Program-made: the position numbers and the translations under genes | The notes under the pieces: generated by a model | Seen by the model: only the letters and a program-made list of their open reading frames with translations | Database searches by the model: none | What the model was told of the DNA's origin: nothing | Assembly (NCBI RefSeq): GCF_006345805.1 | Contig: NC_043017.1 | Location: 19,220,001-19,284,000, forward strand | Length of the DNA stretch: 64,000 nt | Direction: 5' to 3' | Source: Octopus sinensis | Taxonomy: Eukaryota | In this document: one piece after another, positions 37,791 to 49,900 of the stretch | Numbering within the stretch: position 1 is the first letter of the stretch | Layout of the letters: each line of letters opens with the position of its first letter

Positions 37791-38544
37791 TTCACAAATG
37801 AAATTTTATATAAATATATATGTGTATGTATGTGTGTGTGTGTTGATACACTGGGCTTCTTTGAGTTTCCATCTACAAAATCTACGTACAAGGCTTTGAT
37901 CGACCCGGGGATGTAATTGAAGGCATTTGTCTAGTGTACTGTGCAGTGTGAGACTGAACCTGAAACCATGTAGTTGGGATGCGAGCATGTTAACCACACC
38001 TCCATGTCTCTGCGTAGTCAGTCGTCTTCACTCTCTTCTGAATTTGATTGATGCCTGATGTGACTTTTGCTGACTTGGTCTTAGTCTTCTTTATAATTCT
38101 ATTTACATCCAGGATGCATTGTAAGAATATATCGAAACTGTTGTAGAACCTGACAACTTGATTAATTTTTATCTTATCGACTATCCCAGAAGGATGATGA
38201 AAAAATAAAATAAAAAAAAGGAAAAAAAAAAACAACAACAAAAGCAAAACAAAGCAAAATCGACCTTGGAAGGAATTGAACTTAGAACATAAATGGCCGA
38301 AACTAAAGACCACAAGGTATTTTGTTTGTTGTTTTCATAATTCTACCAAATCCGTTTCCGTTTCTTTTGTTTGGAAATAAATCATACACAGTTTATTACA
38401 AGTTCTTGCGATATACTGTGGACGATAGGTTCAGCTCAACTAACCTCATAACACACTTTATTGTCATTATCATCAATCATCAATCAGCAGCAACAGCAGC
38501 ATTATAATTTCCCCTTTCCTATGCTTGTATGGATCAGATGGAAT

Positions 38545-38960
38545 TAAAAGGTAAAGGTGACATGTCCAAGATGTGGGCTGGACAATGAAACCGTCCAGCA
38601 CACTTTTGTACAATGTCGGGAGCTGTCAAGCTTGATAAGTTACGTAGTACACATGTTGTTTCATCTGGAATGAGTACAGCTGTTGGATTGATCTATAATA
38701 CAGATGGTGCCGCCAAATGGACTCTCAAAGGAAGGTGAGGCATGTTTTCACTGTACGGTGGCAGTATTGAAAGAGTGTGTATGGCAAACTAGAATGGAAG
38801 GTTTCATGACAGGATCCTTTGTCTGTGGCCCAGGTTTGATAACCTACTTCAGATACCATCTGAAGAGCAAGATGGGGTTAGAGAGGAAGACCCTGCTGCA
38901 GAGAGAGTATGAGAAACGTTGGAAGGATGTGATGAGATAGGTGGGTGTCAGCAACCCAGC
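38545..38960 (+). mobile_element. L1/Tx1-clade LINE ORF2 C-terminal fragment
   Basis: CPRCGLDNETVQHTFVQC zinc knuckle, followed by AVLKECVWQTR...LITYFRYHLKSK...KRW. Confidence 0.75.
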
Positions 38961-39199
38961 TTAATCATCAATGAAGGAAAAAAAATATGATAGTTGCTGG
39001 GCCATACAGGCTGCCAGGTATATAGTTTGAACTCGTTTGATTTATTTTAAAAAAAAATGGATACCAGGAAAGTCAAGTAAATCATAAACTATATTTAAAT
39101 TTCTAATGTTCATTCGAACTCATCTTAACATTTTTGTAATCATTTCATATTGTAATGTCCCATCTGTGTATTGAGTGTATAATCATAATAAAGAATCCA

Positions 39200-39470
39200 C
39201 CTCTAGCCAAACAATTATTCTGTGCTGATGAAGGGAAATAACCAAGAAATCGTGATACTCAGATATTGTTTTGAGCTGAGAGTGCTAGATTCCCTTGTTC
39301 GAAAATATAAGGACACAGATTGTGTCGTATAGCCAGTGGAGATGATGTCTCCTGGGGCTAAATTACTGCAACATTCGTCCTAAACCAGGACTGCCATGTT
39401 ATGTTGGAGAATAATCTTTACTCCAAAGTACTGTTGCTGAATATCTCTCATTGTGAGATTTACAAATAGA
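39200..39470. repeat. Unclassified dispersed repeat; second copy at ~56750-57040
   Basis: Both copies share CCACCTCT.GCCAAACAATT.TTCTGTGCTGATGAAGGG...GATGTCTCCTGGGGCTAAATTAC...AAACCAGGACTGCCATGTTATGTTGG. Confidence 0.8.
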
Positions 39471-40957
39471 AATTTTTCACCTTTTTAGTGTTTAAAACTT
39501 GCAGGTCAACTTGGTGGTAGTGGTGGTGTAGGGTGACTATGATTTTTATTTGTTTTCATTATTGCTGAAATGATTTTGTTTTGTTTTTAGTGTTTGAAAT
39601 AGTTTATGATAAAAATGGTTTCAAATTTTGCCACAAGGGCAGCCATTTTGGGGGAGGGGATGTGGTGGTAGCATCAACCCCAGTGTTTCACTGGCACTTA
39701 ATTTCTTGACCCCAAAAGGATGAAGGGCAAAGTCAACCTTGATGGAATTTGAACTCAGAACATAGTGACAGACGAAATACCAGTAAGCATTTTGCCTGGT
39801 TTGCTAATGATTCTGCCAGCTTGCCTAATCTCCATTTGATTTTGCTATTAAAAATGTCTTCTTGTTTTCTGTTTTGTTTTTTGTTTTCCTTTAGATGGGG
39901 GTGGCCAACTTTGGCAATGTGTTATATCCATTCATATGCTAAGAATTATTTATTTATTTTATTTTATTTATTTTTTTACTTTTTTGCAATCCCTGGCACT
40001 TCTCAGAGTGAAGTGTATTTTTAGCTCTGTTTTTTCTTTTGTGTATTTAATAAGTAATAATAATGATGATGATAATGATAATAATCATAATAATAATAAT
40101 AATAATAAATGCCCTAATGCAGTACAAAACAGTGGCTCTCATGGCTTCTGATCTTAACTGATTGGAAGCGTTATCATGTACATTGTTTTGTCTTGGTATA
40201 AAAGATGGGCTACAGCAAATATTCTGCTCAATATCACAGATTTGCTTGTCAGTTGTTTGACCTTAACCAGTTGAGAATGTCCCTTAGTGGCTGATGATAT
40301 GTGCATCTCTGATCATGAACAGAAGTAGTGGGGGAGCATCATAGCCATGTGTTGAAAGAATTCTTGGAGGTTTGGATAATTCACCTTTGGAAACATGGGT
40401 GGTTCGTTCAACATACTTAAACAATCCTTATTCAGGGACCTTTTGAGCAGGATGGGCTACTCGACCAGAAGAAAATTCTAACTGGGCTCCACCTGCAAGG
40501 TCATGCACTGTTTATCTTGATATGAGATCACCATGTCACGCACATATGGTTGTGATGCATGTGCCTAGTGTACCCTTATCAGCGGGTAGTCATAATAGGT
40601 ATACTGGGCTTCATATATTTTACTCCAGTGTCACTTTGGTGGCATGCACTGCTCTCTCACTCAATAATAATAATAATAATAATAATAATTCAAACAAACA
40701 ATTAAAATTAAAGAATTATCATGAAGGCTTTTATTTACTTTGTTAAATGTCTTCATCATGCTGTTCATGCATATGTTTTCTCTTTTAAAAAAATTTTTGT
40801 ATGAAATATATTTATCAATTACACAGATTTTTTTTTATACAGTTCATGTGTGATTTATGTTTAGTATTTAAAAAGATAAAAAAGGAAACAACAAAAAACT
40901 GACAATAAAAAGCAATTTCTGTTCAGGCTTATTTTTTTAAATAAATTCTCCACATCA

Positions 40958-41360
40958 TAGGCACAGGAGTGGCTGTGTGGTAAGTAGCTTGCTAACCAAC
41001 CACATGGTTCCGGGTTCAGTCCCACTGCGTGGCATCTTGGGCAAGTATCTTCTGCTATAGCCCCGGGCCAACCAGTGCCTTGTGAGTGAATTTGGTAGAC
41101 GGAAACTGAAAGAAGCCTGTCGTATATATGTATATATATGTATGTGTGTGTCTGTGTTTGTCCCCCTAGCATTGCTTGACAACTGATGCTGGTGTGTTTA
41201 CGTCCCCGTCATTTAGCAGTTTGGCAAAAGAGACCGATAGAACAAGTACTGGGCTTACAAAGAATAAGTCCCAGGGTCGAGTTGCTCGACTAAAGGTGGT
41301 GCTCCAGCATGGCCGCAGTCAAATGACTGAAACAAGTAAAAAAGTAAAAGAGAGAGTAAA
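40958..41360 (+). mobile_element. SINE family A; an inverted copy follows at ~41966-42350
   Basis: Same head, core and tail as 22509-22893. Confidence 0.9.
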
Positions 41361-42351
41361 GAGTATCATAGTCCAGGGTGTGGCAAAAAAAAAACCCCTC
41401 CCATATTCATCATTCATTCTTGATAAACATTTCAACAGCAAACACATAGTGTGCATCAACCCAAACCATGATGATGGCTGAAAGCATTATGGTAAAACAT
41501 TAGCTTTAAGAAGACACCACTATCACCTGCTTAACTTCCTTGGTGCCACAGCAACGGCTCTGCAAAAGATGGGAGGTTTTTCTGCTGCACTCTGTATTCA
41601 TTTTCAGTGTGTATATGTGCGCTCCACCACCTGTTCCCCCCCACCTCATCCAACATATCCAACAATCCCAAATTAGGCTCTACATCATTTAATTTTACAC
41701 TCATTTTTACCTGCTGGCAAGGATTAAATGAAACTTGTTGAGGCAAATTTTCTATTTCTCAATGTTCTTCTTTTTTTGCAAGTAAATTTTTTTCTGTTTC
41801 TTTTTCTCCATTTTTCTGGTCCCCGCACTTCAAAGGGTGACACTACAGAATCTTTCGATTATTGGAGATTGCAAACAAAGGCACCATTCCTCGCTGAAAC
41901 AGTGTTAATGAGGACACATGGAATGCCATTCCTGCACAGACTCACACTCACAAATATGTATGTGTGTGTGTGTGTGCATTCTTTTACTTGTTTCAGTCAT
42001 TTGACTGATGCCATGCTGGAGCACCGCTTTTTAGATGAAGAAATCAACCCTTGGACTTATTCTTTGTAAGCTTGGTACTTATTCTATCACTTATTTATGG
42101 GGACATAAACACACCAACATCAGTTGTCAAGTGATGTGGTAGGGGACAAACACAGACACGCATATACATACACACACACACATATATATATACATACGAT
42201 GGGCTTCTTTCAGTTTTCATCTACCAAATCCACTCACAAGGCTTTGGTTGGCCTGAGGCTATAGTAGAAGACACTTGTCCAAGGTGCCATGCAACAGGGT
42301 TGAACCTGGAACCATGTAGGTGGGAAGCAAGCTTCTTACCGCACAGCCGCT

Positions 42352-42612
42352 GAAAGATTGCGTTTCCATTCGGAAACAGTTCCACAACCAGAGGATGAAT
42401 TTGATCAGATAAAGTGCTTAAATAGTCTTGACTATTAATTCTGCCATGAAGGGAAACCATTGGGCTGACGGATTTCCAAGATATAGCTCCCCCAGATCAT
42501 CACAGATCTTCCTCCATGTTTAACTTTAAATGTTTGGCTTTAATCACTGCCATAATTCATCTTGGCATGGATTCCACAAGATTGTGACATTCTTCTGGTG
42601 CTTTGTTCTCCC
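42352..42612 (-). mobile_element. Tc1/mariner transposase fragments
   Basis: GGRSVMIWG...MVSLHGRINSQDYLSTLSDQIHPLVVELFPNGNAIFQ (Tc1 DDE-domain segment) and PEECHNLVESMPR*IMAVIKAK (Tc1 C-terminus). Confidence 0.8.
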
Positions 42613-43929
42613 ATACTGCTTGTAAAGTTCCAAATAATTGTGCTTTTCTGTTTTTTGTTTTGTGTGTGCCCCACAATACCACCTACCTTTACCACATCTA
42701 ATATACCCAACCATCCAAAAAGTAAGTGCCACAGTTTCTCATGAGTTGTTTGCTTGCTTGATTACTTCAGTGTCCAGTCTGCTATCTCAGAAGCCAAGGA
42801 GTCCAAACCGATTTCTTCTACGTCAACTTTGGTTGGTATGTCTCAGAAAGTACAGAAGCTAGCAACTCCACTTTGGTATCTCAAGAAGTCCAAACTGATT
42901 ATACTTCAGTGCACATTCTGGTATCTCAGAATCTACTGAAGCTATGATTACTGTGTTTTTAAACCTTGATTACTAAGAAAAGTAATAAAAAAATAGAACA
43001 AAACAATTTTCTTGATTTCCAAAAGTTTGTTGGCTGTTTAAGTGCACTGTCTTGTTTTCTTCAATTATCATAACTGGTTCTCTGTCAGCCGCAACGATGA
43101 ATGTTCCAGTTGATTTGATCAACCAAACAAACAGCCTGTCCATGCAATTAACATGCAAGTGGCCGAGCACTCCACAGACACATATATCTATTTCTTTATT
43201 ACCTACAAGGGGGCTAAACACAGAGGGGACAAACAAGGACAGACATAGGTATTAACTCGATTACATCGACCCCAGTGCGTAACTGGTACTTAATTTATCG
43301 ACCCCCGAAAGGATGAAAGGCAAAGTCGACCTCGGCGGAATTTGAACTCAGAACGTAACGGCTGACGAAATACCGCTAAGCATTTCGCCTGGCATGCTAA
43401 GGTTTCTGCCAGCTCACCATATACCCTTAACGTAGTTATCAGGGAGATTCAGCATGGCAGAAGGCTGGTCCCTTTGAATTACAGGTGCTATTCAGTTTTG
43501 CCAGCTGAGTGGATTGGAGCAACGTGAAATAAAGTGTCTTGTTCAAGGGCACAATGTATCACCAAAGAATTGAACTCATGACCTTATGATTGTCATGCAC
43601 CTTCACTTATTACTACTACTGTCATACTAAAGCCCTAAGGTGTGTCCTTGAGCAAGTCTCTTTATTTCACATTGACACCTTGCCAATTATTGAACTCCCA
43701 ACCTTACGATTGTGATCGGAATACCCAAACCACTAAGCCGTGTACCTTTGCTCAATTATTATAGAGTAAGAATGATGCCATGTGGCCGAGTGGTTAGGTT
43801 ATTCAGCTTACAATACGGTTCAATTCTCAGATCAAGCATTGTCCCTTTGAGCAGGAGACTTCATTTCCCATTATTCTTTTCGACTCAGCTGAAAAATAAA
43901 TACTGAGGGCAGTTGGAAGTTAACCCTTT

Positions 43930-45452
43930 ACTTACAGTTTTATTGATAACAATAAGGGTCTCAACAACAATCTACAGACACAGCAGCCAAATCTCCCTCA
44001 AATCTCTAATCACTATCTTAATCCTTTTGTTACCATATTTTTCCGAAATACACTAATTTTATTCCAGTTAATTTGTAAAATAATGAAGAGTTTAGTATGT
44101 TATTAATCTGATATTTAGAACATGAAATTTAGATGACACTGCATCCTTTAAGGCCCTCATGCTTTCCGAAATCCACTGAAACTACACCTGATTATATATA
44201 GACTTTAGATGAGTTGTAGTGCACCTGAGCACTGTACACAATTATTATTATTATTATATGGAAGGTTTTAAGTTAGATCCCTTTAAAGCAAGGAGTTTTG
44301 TATCGTAGTACCAGGGCTGGTGGTCTCAGTTGGATTAGTATCAAAAAGTTTAAGCTGGTGTTCAAACTTTATAAACATATCCAACCCATGGCAAGGAAAA
44401 CAGAAGAATTATAGGGATTCAATCTGTATTTTGTTTTATCATTAATAACAAAAGAGAGATTTCAACAATTACAACTACAAATATAGTAGCTAAATCTGCC
44501 TCGAATTCCAACTTGATGTATTAAATCTTTTTTTTACCATATTTCTTTTAAACAAACTGTCTTAGTTTCAATTCGTTTTGAAAATCATGAAGAATTTAAT
44601 AAAATAACTTTGTCAAAATTTAGTTGGAATCTGGAAAAAAACTCAACATGAAATTTTGATGGCTGATTTTAATTTAAATCCCTTTAAAACAGGAAGTCTG
44701 TATCATAACACCAGAGGTGGTCTCCGTTGGATTGGTACCAAAAGGTTTAAGAGAATTTTCAAACTTTTTTAACTTGTCCAACCCCATAGTGAGGAAGAAA
44801 GAAAACCTATATAAATGTAATCTGTGTTTTGTTTTCTCATTAATAACAAGCGATCCCAATAATAACATTCTTCAAACATAGCAGTCAAATCTCCCTCAAA
44901 TTCTAACTTACTATCTTAACCCTACAGTTAGCATATTTCTGTTGAAATACACTGTCTTTATTTCAATTAATTATAGAAAATAACGAAGAATTTAATTTAA
45001 TAACTTTGCCGTTATTAAGCTGGAGTTTAGAATAAAAATTAACACGAAATTTTGATGGAAGGTTTCTATAGAGATCACTTGAAAACAGGAAATTTATATC
45101 AAAGAACCAGGAGAAGTCTCAAGCAAGTTGGTACCAAAATCCTTAAGCTGATAAGTTGGAAGGCAGGGAACCACAGATCTGGTTCAACTGTTTGCCATTC
45201 TTAAAAAGCAAAGACGGATCCACTTAACTATTTTGTAATATTTCTGTTGAAATACTGTTCTTATTTCAATTAATTATGAAAAATAGTGAAGAATTTAATA
45301 AAATAACTTTGTCATTATTTAATCTGGTCTTTTGAATATAAATCAACATGAAATTTTGATGGAAGGTTTTAAGATAGACCACTTTTTAAAGCAGAAAGTT
45401 TGTATCACAGCACCAGGGGTGATCTGAGGTGGGTTGGTGTCAAAATGGTTAA
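43930..45452. repeat. Old tandem array of a composite unit (spacer plus P2-like MITE)
   Basis: Four related MITE copies (~44020, 44530, 44915, 45230); the first three are preceded by a shared AATAACAA...CAAATCTCCCTCAAAT-like spacer. Confidence 0.65.
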
Positions 45453-47344
45453 CCCCACAACAGACGGGCATCTTGTTCAGGAGAGATGAATGTTCAAACT
45501 AAATATTTTGAAAATTCAAACAAGTTTAACAGCAGTAGTTTACTTGTCTACCTTGAACTGTGTTGTTTGAAGGATATTTGGCTGCTATTTCTAAGCAGGT
45601 TGAGTGACCACATAGAGGGTCATTTAGCAGTGATGGTGGTGGAAGAGGAGGAGGAAGCTGTGCATCTTGGTAAGTAAGTTTTTGCCAATCAATGAGGTGG
45701 TCTTTTGGATGTGGTCCAGAATTTTTATGTATGTTGTAGAAATATCAGACCAGGTATACAGGAACAGGTGGGATGATGGTGGGGAGTTGGCAGACATGTC
45801 AAAGGCATTGGATGAAATATTTTGTAGTATTTATATTTTGGCTTCTTTCATTCTGAGTTCAAATCCCACCAAGGTTAGCTTTTGCTTTTTGTCCTCCTGG
45901 GGTTGATACATAAAATACCAGTCTAAGGTTGTGGAATTGTTAACAAACTGGACCAGGTGCCTTGTGGTATTTATTCTGGTCCCTTGCATTATGAGTTCAA
46001 ATCTCTCTCTGTGACCTGCCGGGGAGTGATAGACTGAACCCACTCCCTTGTTTCATACCATCATCACAACCTGGCAGCCCAGGGTGCCTGTTACAGAAGT
46101 AGTGGAAGAGGCTGAGAGATGAGACGGCACATCTGTAGAGCAGAGGTTGGAGTGACTTTATACCAGTCGGTTGGGTGGCCTTTTGCCACCCAATCTCAAT
46201 GTGATTTGCACTCAAGTGATGTGATGCAACCAAATACCACAAGGTATCTTTTATTATCTGACACAGCCATAGGTGCATGTGGACGCCTATATGTATATAT
46301 AAACACACACATAAATATATATATATATATGTATAAAAATACATACATGCATATATATATATTTAGCAGAAGCAACAGAGTGACTGAAGGGCACTTAGAT
46401 AAGTGCCAATGCATGAAACCCTCAGACCTTGAGTCACTTTTACAAGGCTCTGCACAGGCGTTTTTACGTGACATCACATGGGCGCTTTTATGTGGCACCA
46501 CCATGCTTTACACTACAAGAAAGATCAGTTTTAACACTTCTGCTGTGGTGTATATGTATATATATGTGTGTGTGTGATGGCAGTTCTTTGTAGTCCAAAG
46601 ACCATGAGAAAGAGTAGCAAGTCCTTATGTTGCTACGTAAACCAACCCCTGAGTAACAGGCACTGTTGCATCTGGGGGTAAACACTTAAGTTTTAGTTAG
46701 ATGGAGGTTGTGATGATGGCTTTTCTGCCTCATATGGTAGACACCCCCATTGCATGTTCACCAAATTTTTACAGATGTAGTTTTTCATGCTACGAAAATC
46801 ATAACGTAATTCATCTGTTGAATCAGTATTACATTGTGGCAATTATACTTAAGCGTATTTGATGGGCGGGCTTCTATACAGGTTTGGGTTGACTCAAGTC
46901 TATTGACATGCAGAAGGACCAAAGCCAGGACTTCATGGTTGCAAAGGAAACCTTTTTTACCATCTGGCTATGCCAGCGTGCATGTGTGTGTATATGCAAA
47001 CATGCATGGGTTAGTCGGGAGTTCTACTTTGAAATCGTAAACAAAATAAGTTTGAAAATTCTAATTAGTTTACGAGTTAAATTAATTATCTTTGGTTTCA
47101 GTCTGAAAATATCTTTCTCCCCAAAAATGAAACGGGGACAAAAAGGAAGATCGTGGCAAACTATTTAAAACCTGACTTAAAAAGCGACTATTTTTGACGC
47201 GTCCTTCTTATCACAGCAACAAAATCGACAGCAAACTGGTAAAAAAAAAAAAAAAGAAACTTGTTTTTTAATAAGGAATAAAATACACGAATCATAAGTA
47301 CAAAAAGGTTTAAATTAAATTATAATTTATGCTACAAATTTTGA

Positions 47345-48397
47345 TTATAAACTCTTTTTTTCTGTGGTTGAAAGTTCTTCGAAAACACTTTTCCCCGTGG
47401 TAGAAATTTCTTCGGAAACTGGTTTTTCACTGGTCGAAGGCTCATTGCAATCGTGTTTTTCTGTTGCAAGATCATCCTCCCAAACGTTTTTTTCCGTGGT
47501 AAAAATTTCCTGACAAACGACTTTTTCTTCGGTAGAAAGTTTCTCACAAATCCGTTTTTCTGTAGTAGAAAATTCCTTGTAACCGAATGTTGAAGTGGTA
47601 GGAATTTCTTCGCTAACGTTTTTCTCATTGGTAGGAAGTTTATTACAAAAATATTTTTCGTCAGTATAAAGTTCTCCACAATCGGATTTTTCAGTGGCAT
47701 AAAGTTCTTCGTAAATGTTCTTTTCATCTGTAGAAAGTTCTTTGCAAACGGTTTTTTCCATTGAATAAAATTCTTCGCAATCGTTTTCTTCAGAGGCAGG
47801 AAGTTCATCGCCAATTTTTTCGGTGGGAGAAAGTCTCTCAGATTCTTGTTTTTCACTGGAAGAAAGATCCTGACAAACATCTTTTTCACTAGGAGAAAAT
47901 TCTTCTAAAATAATGTCTTTTTCTGTGATAGAATTTTCATCACAATCGGTTTTTTCACTGATAGGAAATTCCTTACAGTTAATATTTTCCGTTGAAAGTT
48001 CGTCGCAAGCGTTTTTTCCACTGACAGATAATTCCATGCCAGCAGTATTTTTCAAGGAAAGTTCTTTGCAAATTTGGTAAATTCTCATAGTAGAATGTAA
48101 ATTCAAATTTCTTTCTTTTTCATATTTTTTTAAGGTATATTTTTGACGAATATTGTGTATTTTACACTCCAGATCGTAGATGTCATTAAGACAATTGTAA
48201 ATTTTGCGCGCTGAAGGCGAATTATTGGGTAATTTAACGTCCATTCTCAAAGGTGCAGTTTTTTCACGTAAGCGCTTATTTTTATCAATTAGTTCTTGTT
48301 TTTGTTGGCGTAATCTCTCGTGGATATTTAATAATAAGTCTAATTTACGTCGGTAAGTTTCTTTCTCTGTTGAAATTTTCGAATTCTCCAGTTCCAT
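47345..48397 (-). CDS. Uncharacterised intronless 350-aa protein: predicted coiled-coil N-terminus plus 22 x ~11-aa acidic Cys/Ser/Thr repeats
   Basis: Uninterrupted 1053-bp ORF from ATG (48397) to TAA (47345) in AT-rich DNA where other long ORFs are microsatellite artefacts. The track start at 48601 is a TTG. Repeat units are highly diverged at DNA level yet keep the frame and the E-L-S-T-x-E-K pattern. No homolog recognised. Confidence 0.75.
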   Translation of the reverse strand: MELENSKISTEKETYRRKLDLLLNIHERLRQQKQELIDKNKRLREKTAPLRMDVKLPNNSPSARKIYNCLNDIYDLECKIHNIRQKYTLKKYEKERNLNLHSTMRIYQICKELSLKNTAGMELSVSGKNACDELSTENINCKEFPISEKTDCDENSITEKDIILEEFSPSEKDVCQDLSSSEKQESERLSPTEKIGDELPASEENDCEEFYSMEKTVCKELSTDEKNIYEELYATEKSDCGELYTDEKYFCNKLPTNEKNVSEEIPTTSTFGYKEFSTTEKRICEKLSTEEKVVCQEIFTTEKNVWEDDLATEKHDCNEPSTSEKPVSEEISTTGKSVFEELSTTEKKSL

Positions 48398-48399
48398 AG

Positions 48400-49900
48400 T
48401 GCCGAACCAAGATGATACAAGTCTACGGAAACATGGAAGAAAATCAATGAAGTTTGAGAAAATCTGTGATGGTACGCATCTGCCTGAAACTATCCACAAA
48501 ATATGTATTACACGTGAGTGTTGATCAGAACGATAAGTTTTCGGTAAGTGCTTGACAAAAAGGGATAATACAAAGACATTTAGAGTTACCTCCCTTATCA
48601 ATAATTAAACAGGAAAGAAAATTGAGTGCCGGACCTCAAATCCGGCTTTCAAAACCCCGGAACTTCCAGAAATCCGATAATACCGTGCAATATCACGCAA
48701 CTTACTGTACCCTGTATTAAATAAACAGGACCTGTTGTAGAAGTTTGTTCATTTGCTTACGGAATGTTAACAATAGTTTAGATTTAATGTGGATTGATAA
48801 ACATTAAACATACTCTGCTTTAGAAGCGTATTAGTTTGTATCTGTTAAATAAAATCATGTTCTTTACTTTTCTTCCATTTAATTTTCCTTTTGTAAGCTT
48901 TTATACACGGTACAATATGATATATAAAAAAATAATAACTGGTTTAATAGATATCAAACGGATCCTGCGTTAGATGTATATTTATTTGAATGTGTTAAAT
49001 GCAATTTAGTTCTTTACTTTCCTAGTTTATTTCATATTTTACATTTATATTTAGACTTTCCAGAAACCAGGAAATAAAATTCTTTACTACCCACAAGGGG
49101 CTAAACACAGAGGGGACAAACAAGGACAGACAAACGGATTAAGTCGATTATATCGACCTCAGTGCGAAACTGGTACTTAATTTATTGACCCCGAAAGGAT
49201 GAAAGGCAAGAGAAATATAGGCCACTTCCGGTCAGAAGCTTGTCGGATATTTGGTGGGGTTCTATGTATATCTCGATATATATTAGAATTTGTGACTTAT
49301 TTATCTGCAGTTTTCCACATATTCTATTTAATTCTTGGTGGGTTTCCGAATATAACAATAGAAAGACACTTTTATAGGGAGGAAAAAAAATTGTAAATAA
49401 GTTGTTTTATTATCTTCTATTTTAAAGAGTTATTAAAGGAAGTTTCGACAATCCTTTGAAAATTACTCTGTATAAATGGAAACTTTTTCTCTTTATATTT
49501 CGAAGGCTAAAGTTTTTTTGAATCAATCTACGCAATTCCTATTAAACTAGGACGTGCATAGGGTCTCGAAAAGAAACTTTCGGAGCACGTGTGTGACGTA
49601 AGAGGCAGGCAACGATATGCAGGCTTTTAGAGTTACTTCCCTTATACTAAAAGTACCCCAAGAAGGAAATATAAATATCTAATATTAATATAGAAAAATC
49701 TAATTTATAAATATATAATATCTAGTAGAGAGAAAGATAAGAGGATCAAGTTAAATAGATCAAGGCAAATCAACTGCAAAGCACATTGCGTTATCTGGTA
49801 AGACAGAAAACTCGAAAAACTCAGGTAAACAAACCGTTCGGATTATCGGTTAAGGCTAAGTTGAACGGATATTTCCTTGGTATCCGGCATTCCGTAAATC
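48400..49900. promoter_or_regulatory. Candidate bidirectional promoter between the repeat-protein ORF (-) and BORCS5 (+)
   Basis: CpG-retaining DNA. ETS-type ACTTCCGG at 49224-49231 and TGACGTAA near 49594. Duplicated 20-mer at 48579-48598 and 49626-49645. Candidate + strand donors at 49798 (gtaaga), 49825 (gtaaac) and 50391 (gtaagt). Confidence 0.5.

Noticed and set aside
37990-38313. 107-aa minus-strand ORF (…IIKKTKTKSAKVTSGINQIQKRV…)
   Set aside because: Half of it lies in a decayed family B SINE with an A-rich expansion; no recognisable homology or convincing splice sites.
47332-47889. 185-aa overlapping ORF in a second frame
   Set aside because: Shadow frame of the 33-bp coding repeat; basic and Pro/Phe-rich with no independent support. 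Dual coding is not excluded but is unsupported.
47345-48070. Repeat units as degenerate C2H2 linkers (SEKPV, TEKHDC resemble TGEKPYxC)
   Set aside because: The period is 11 aa rather than 28, and there are no CxxC/HxxxH pairs.
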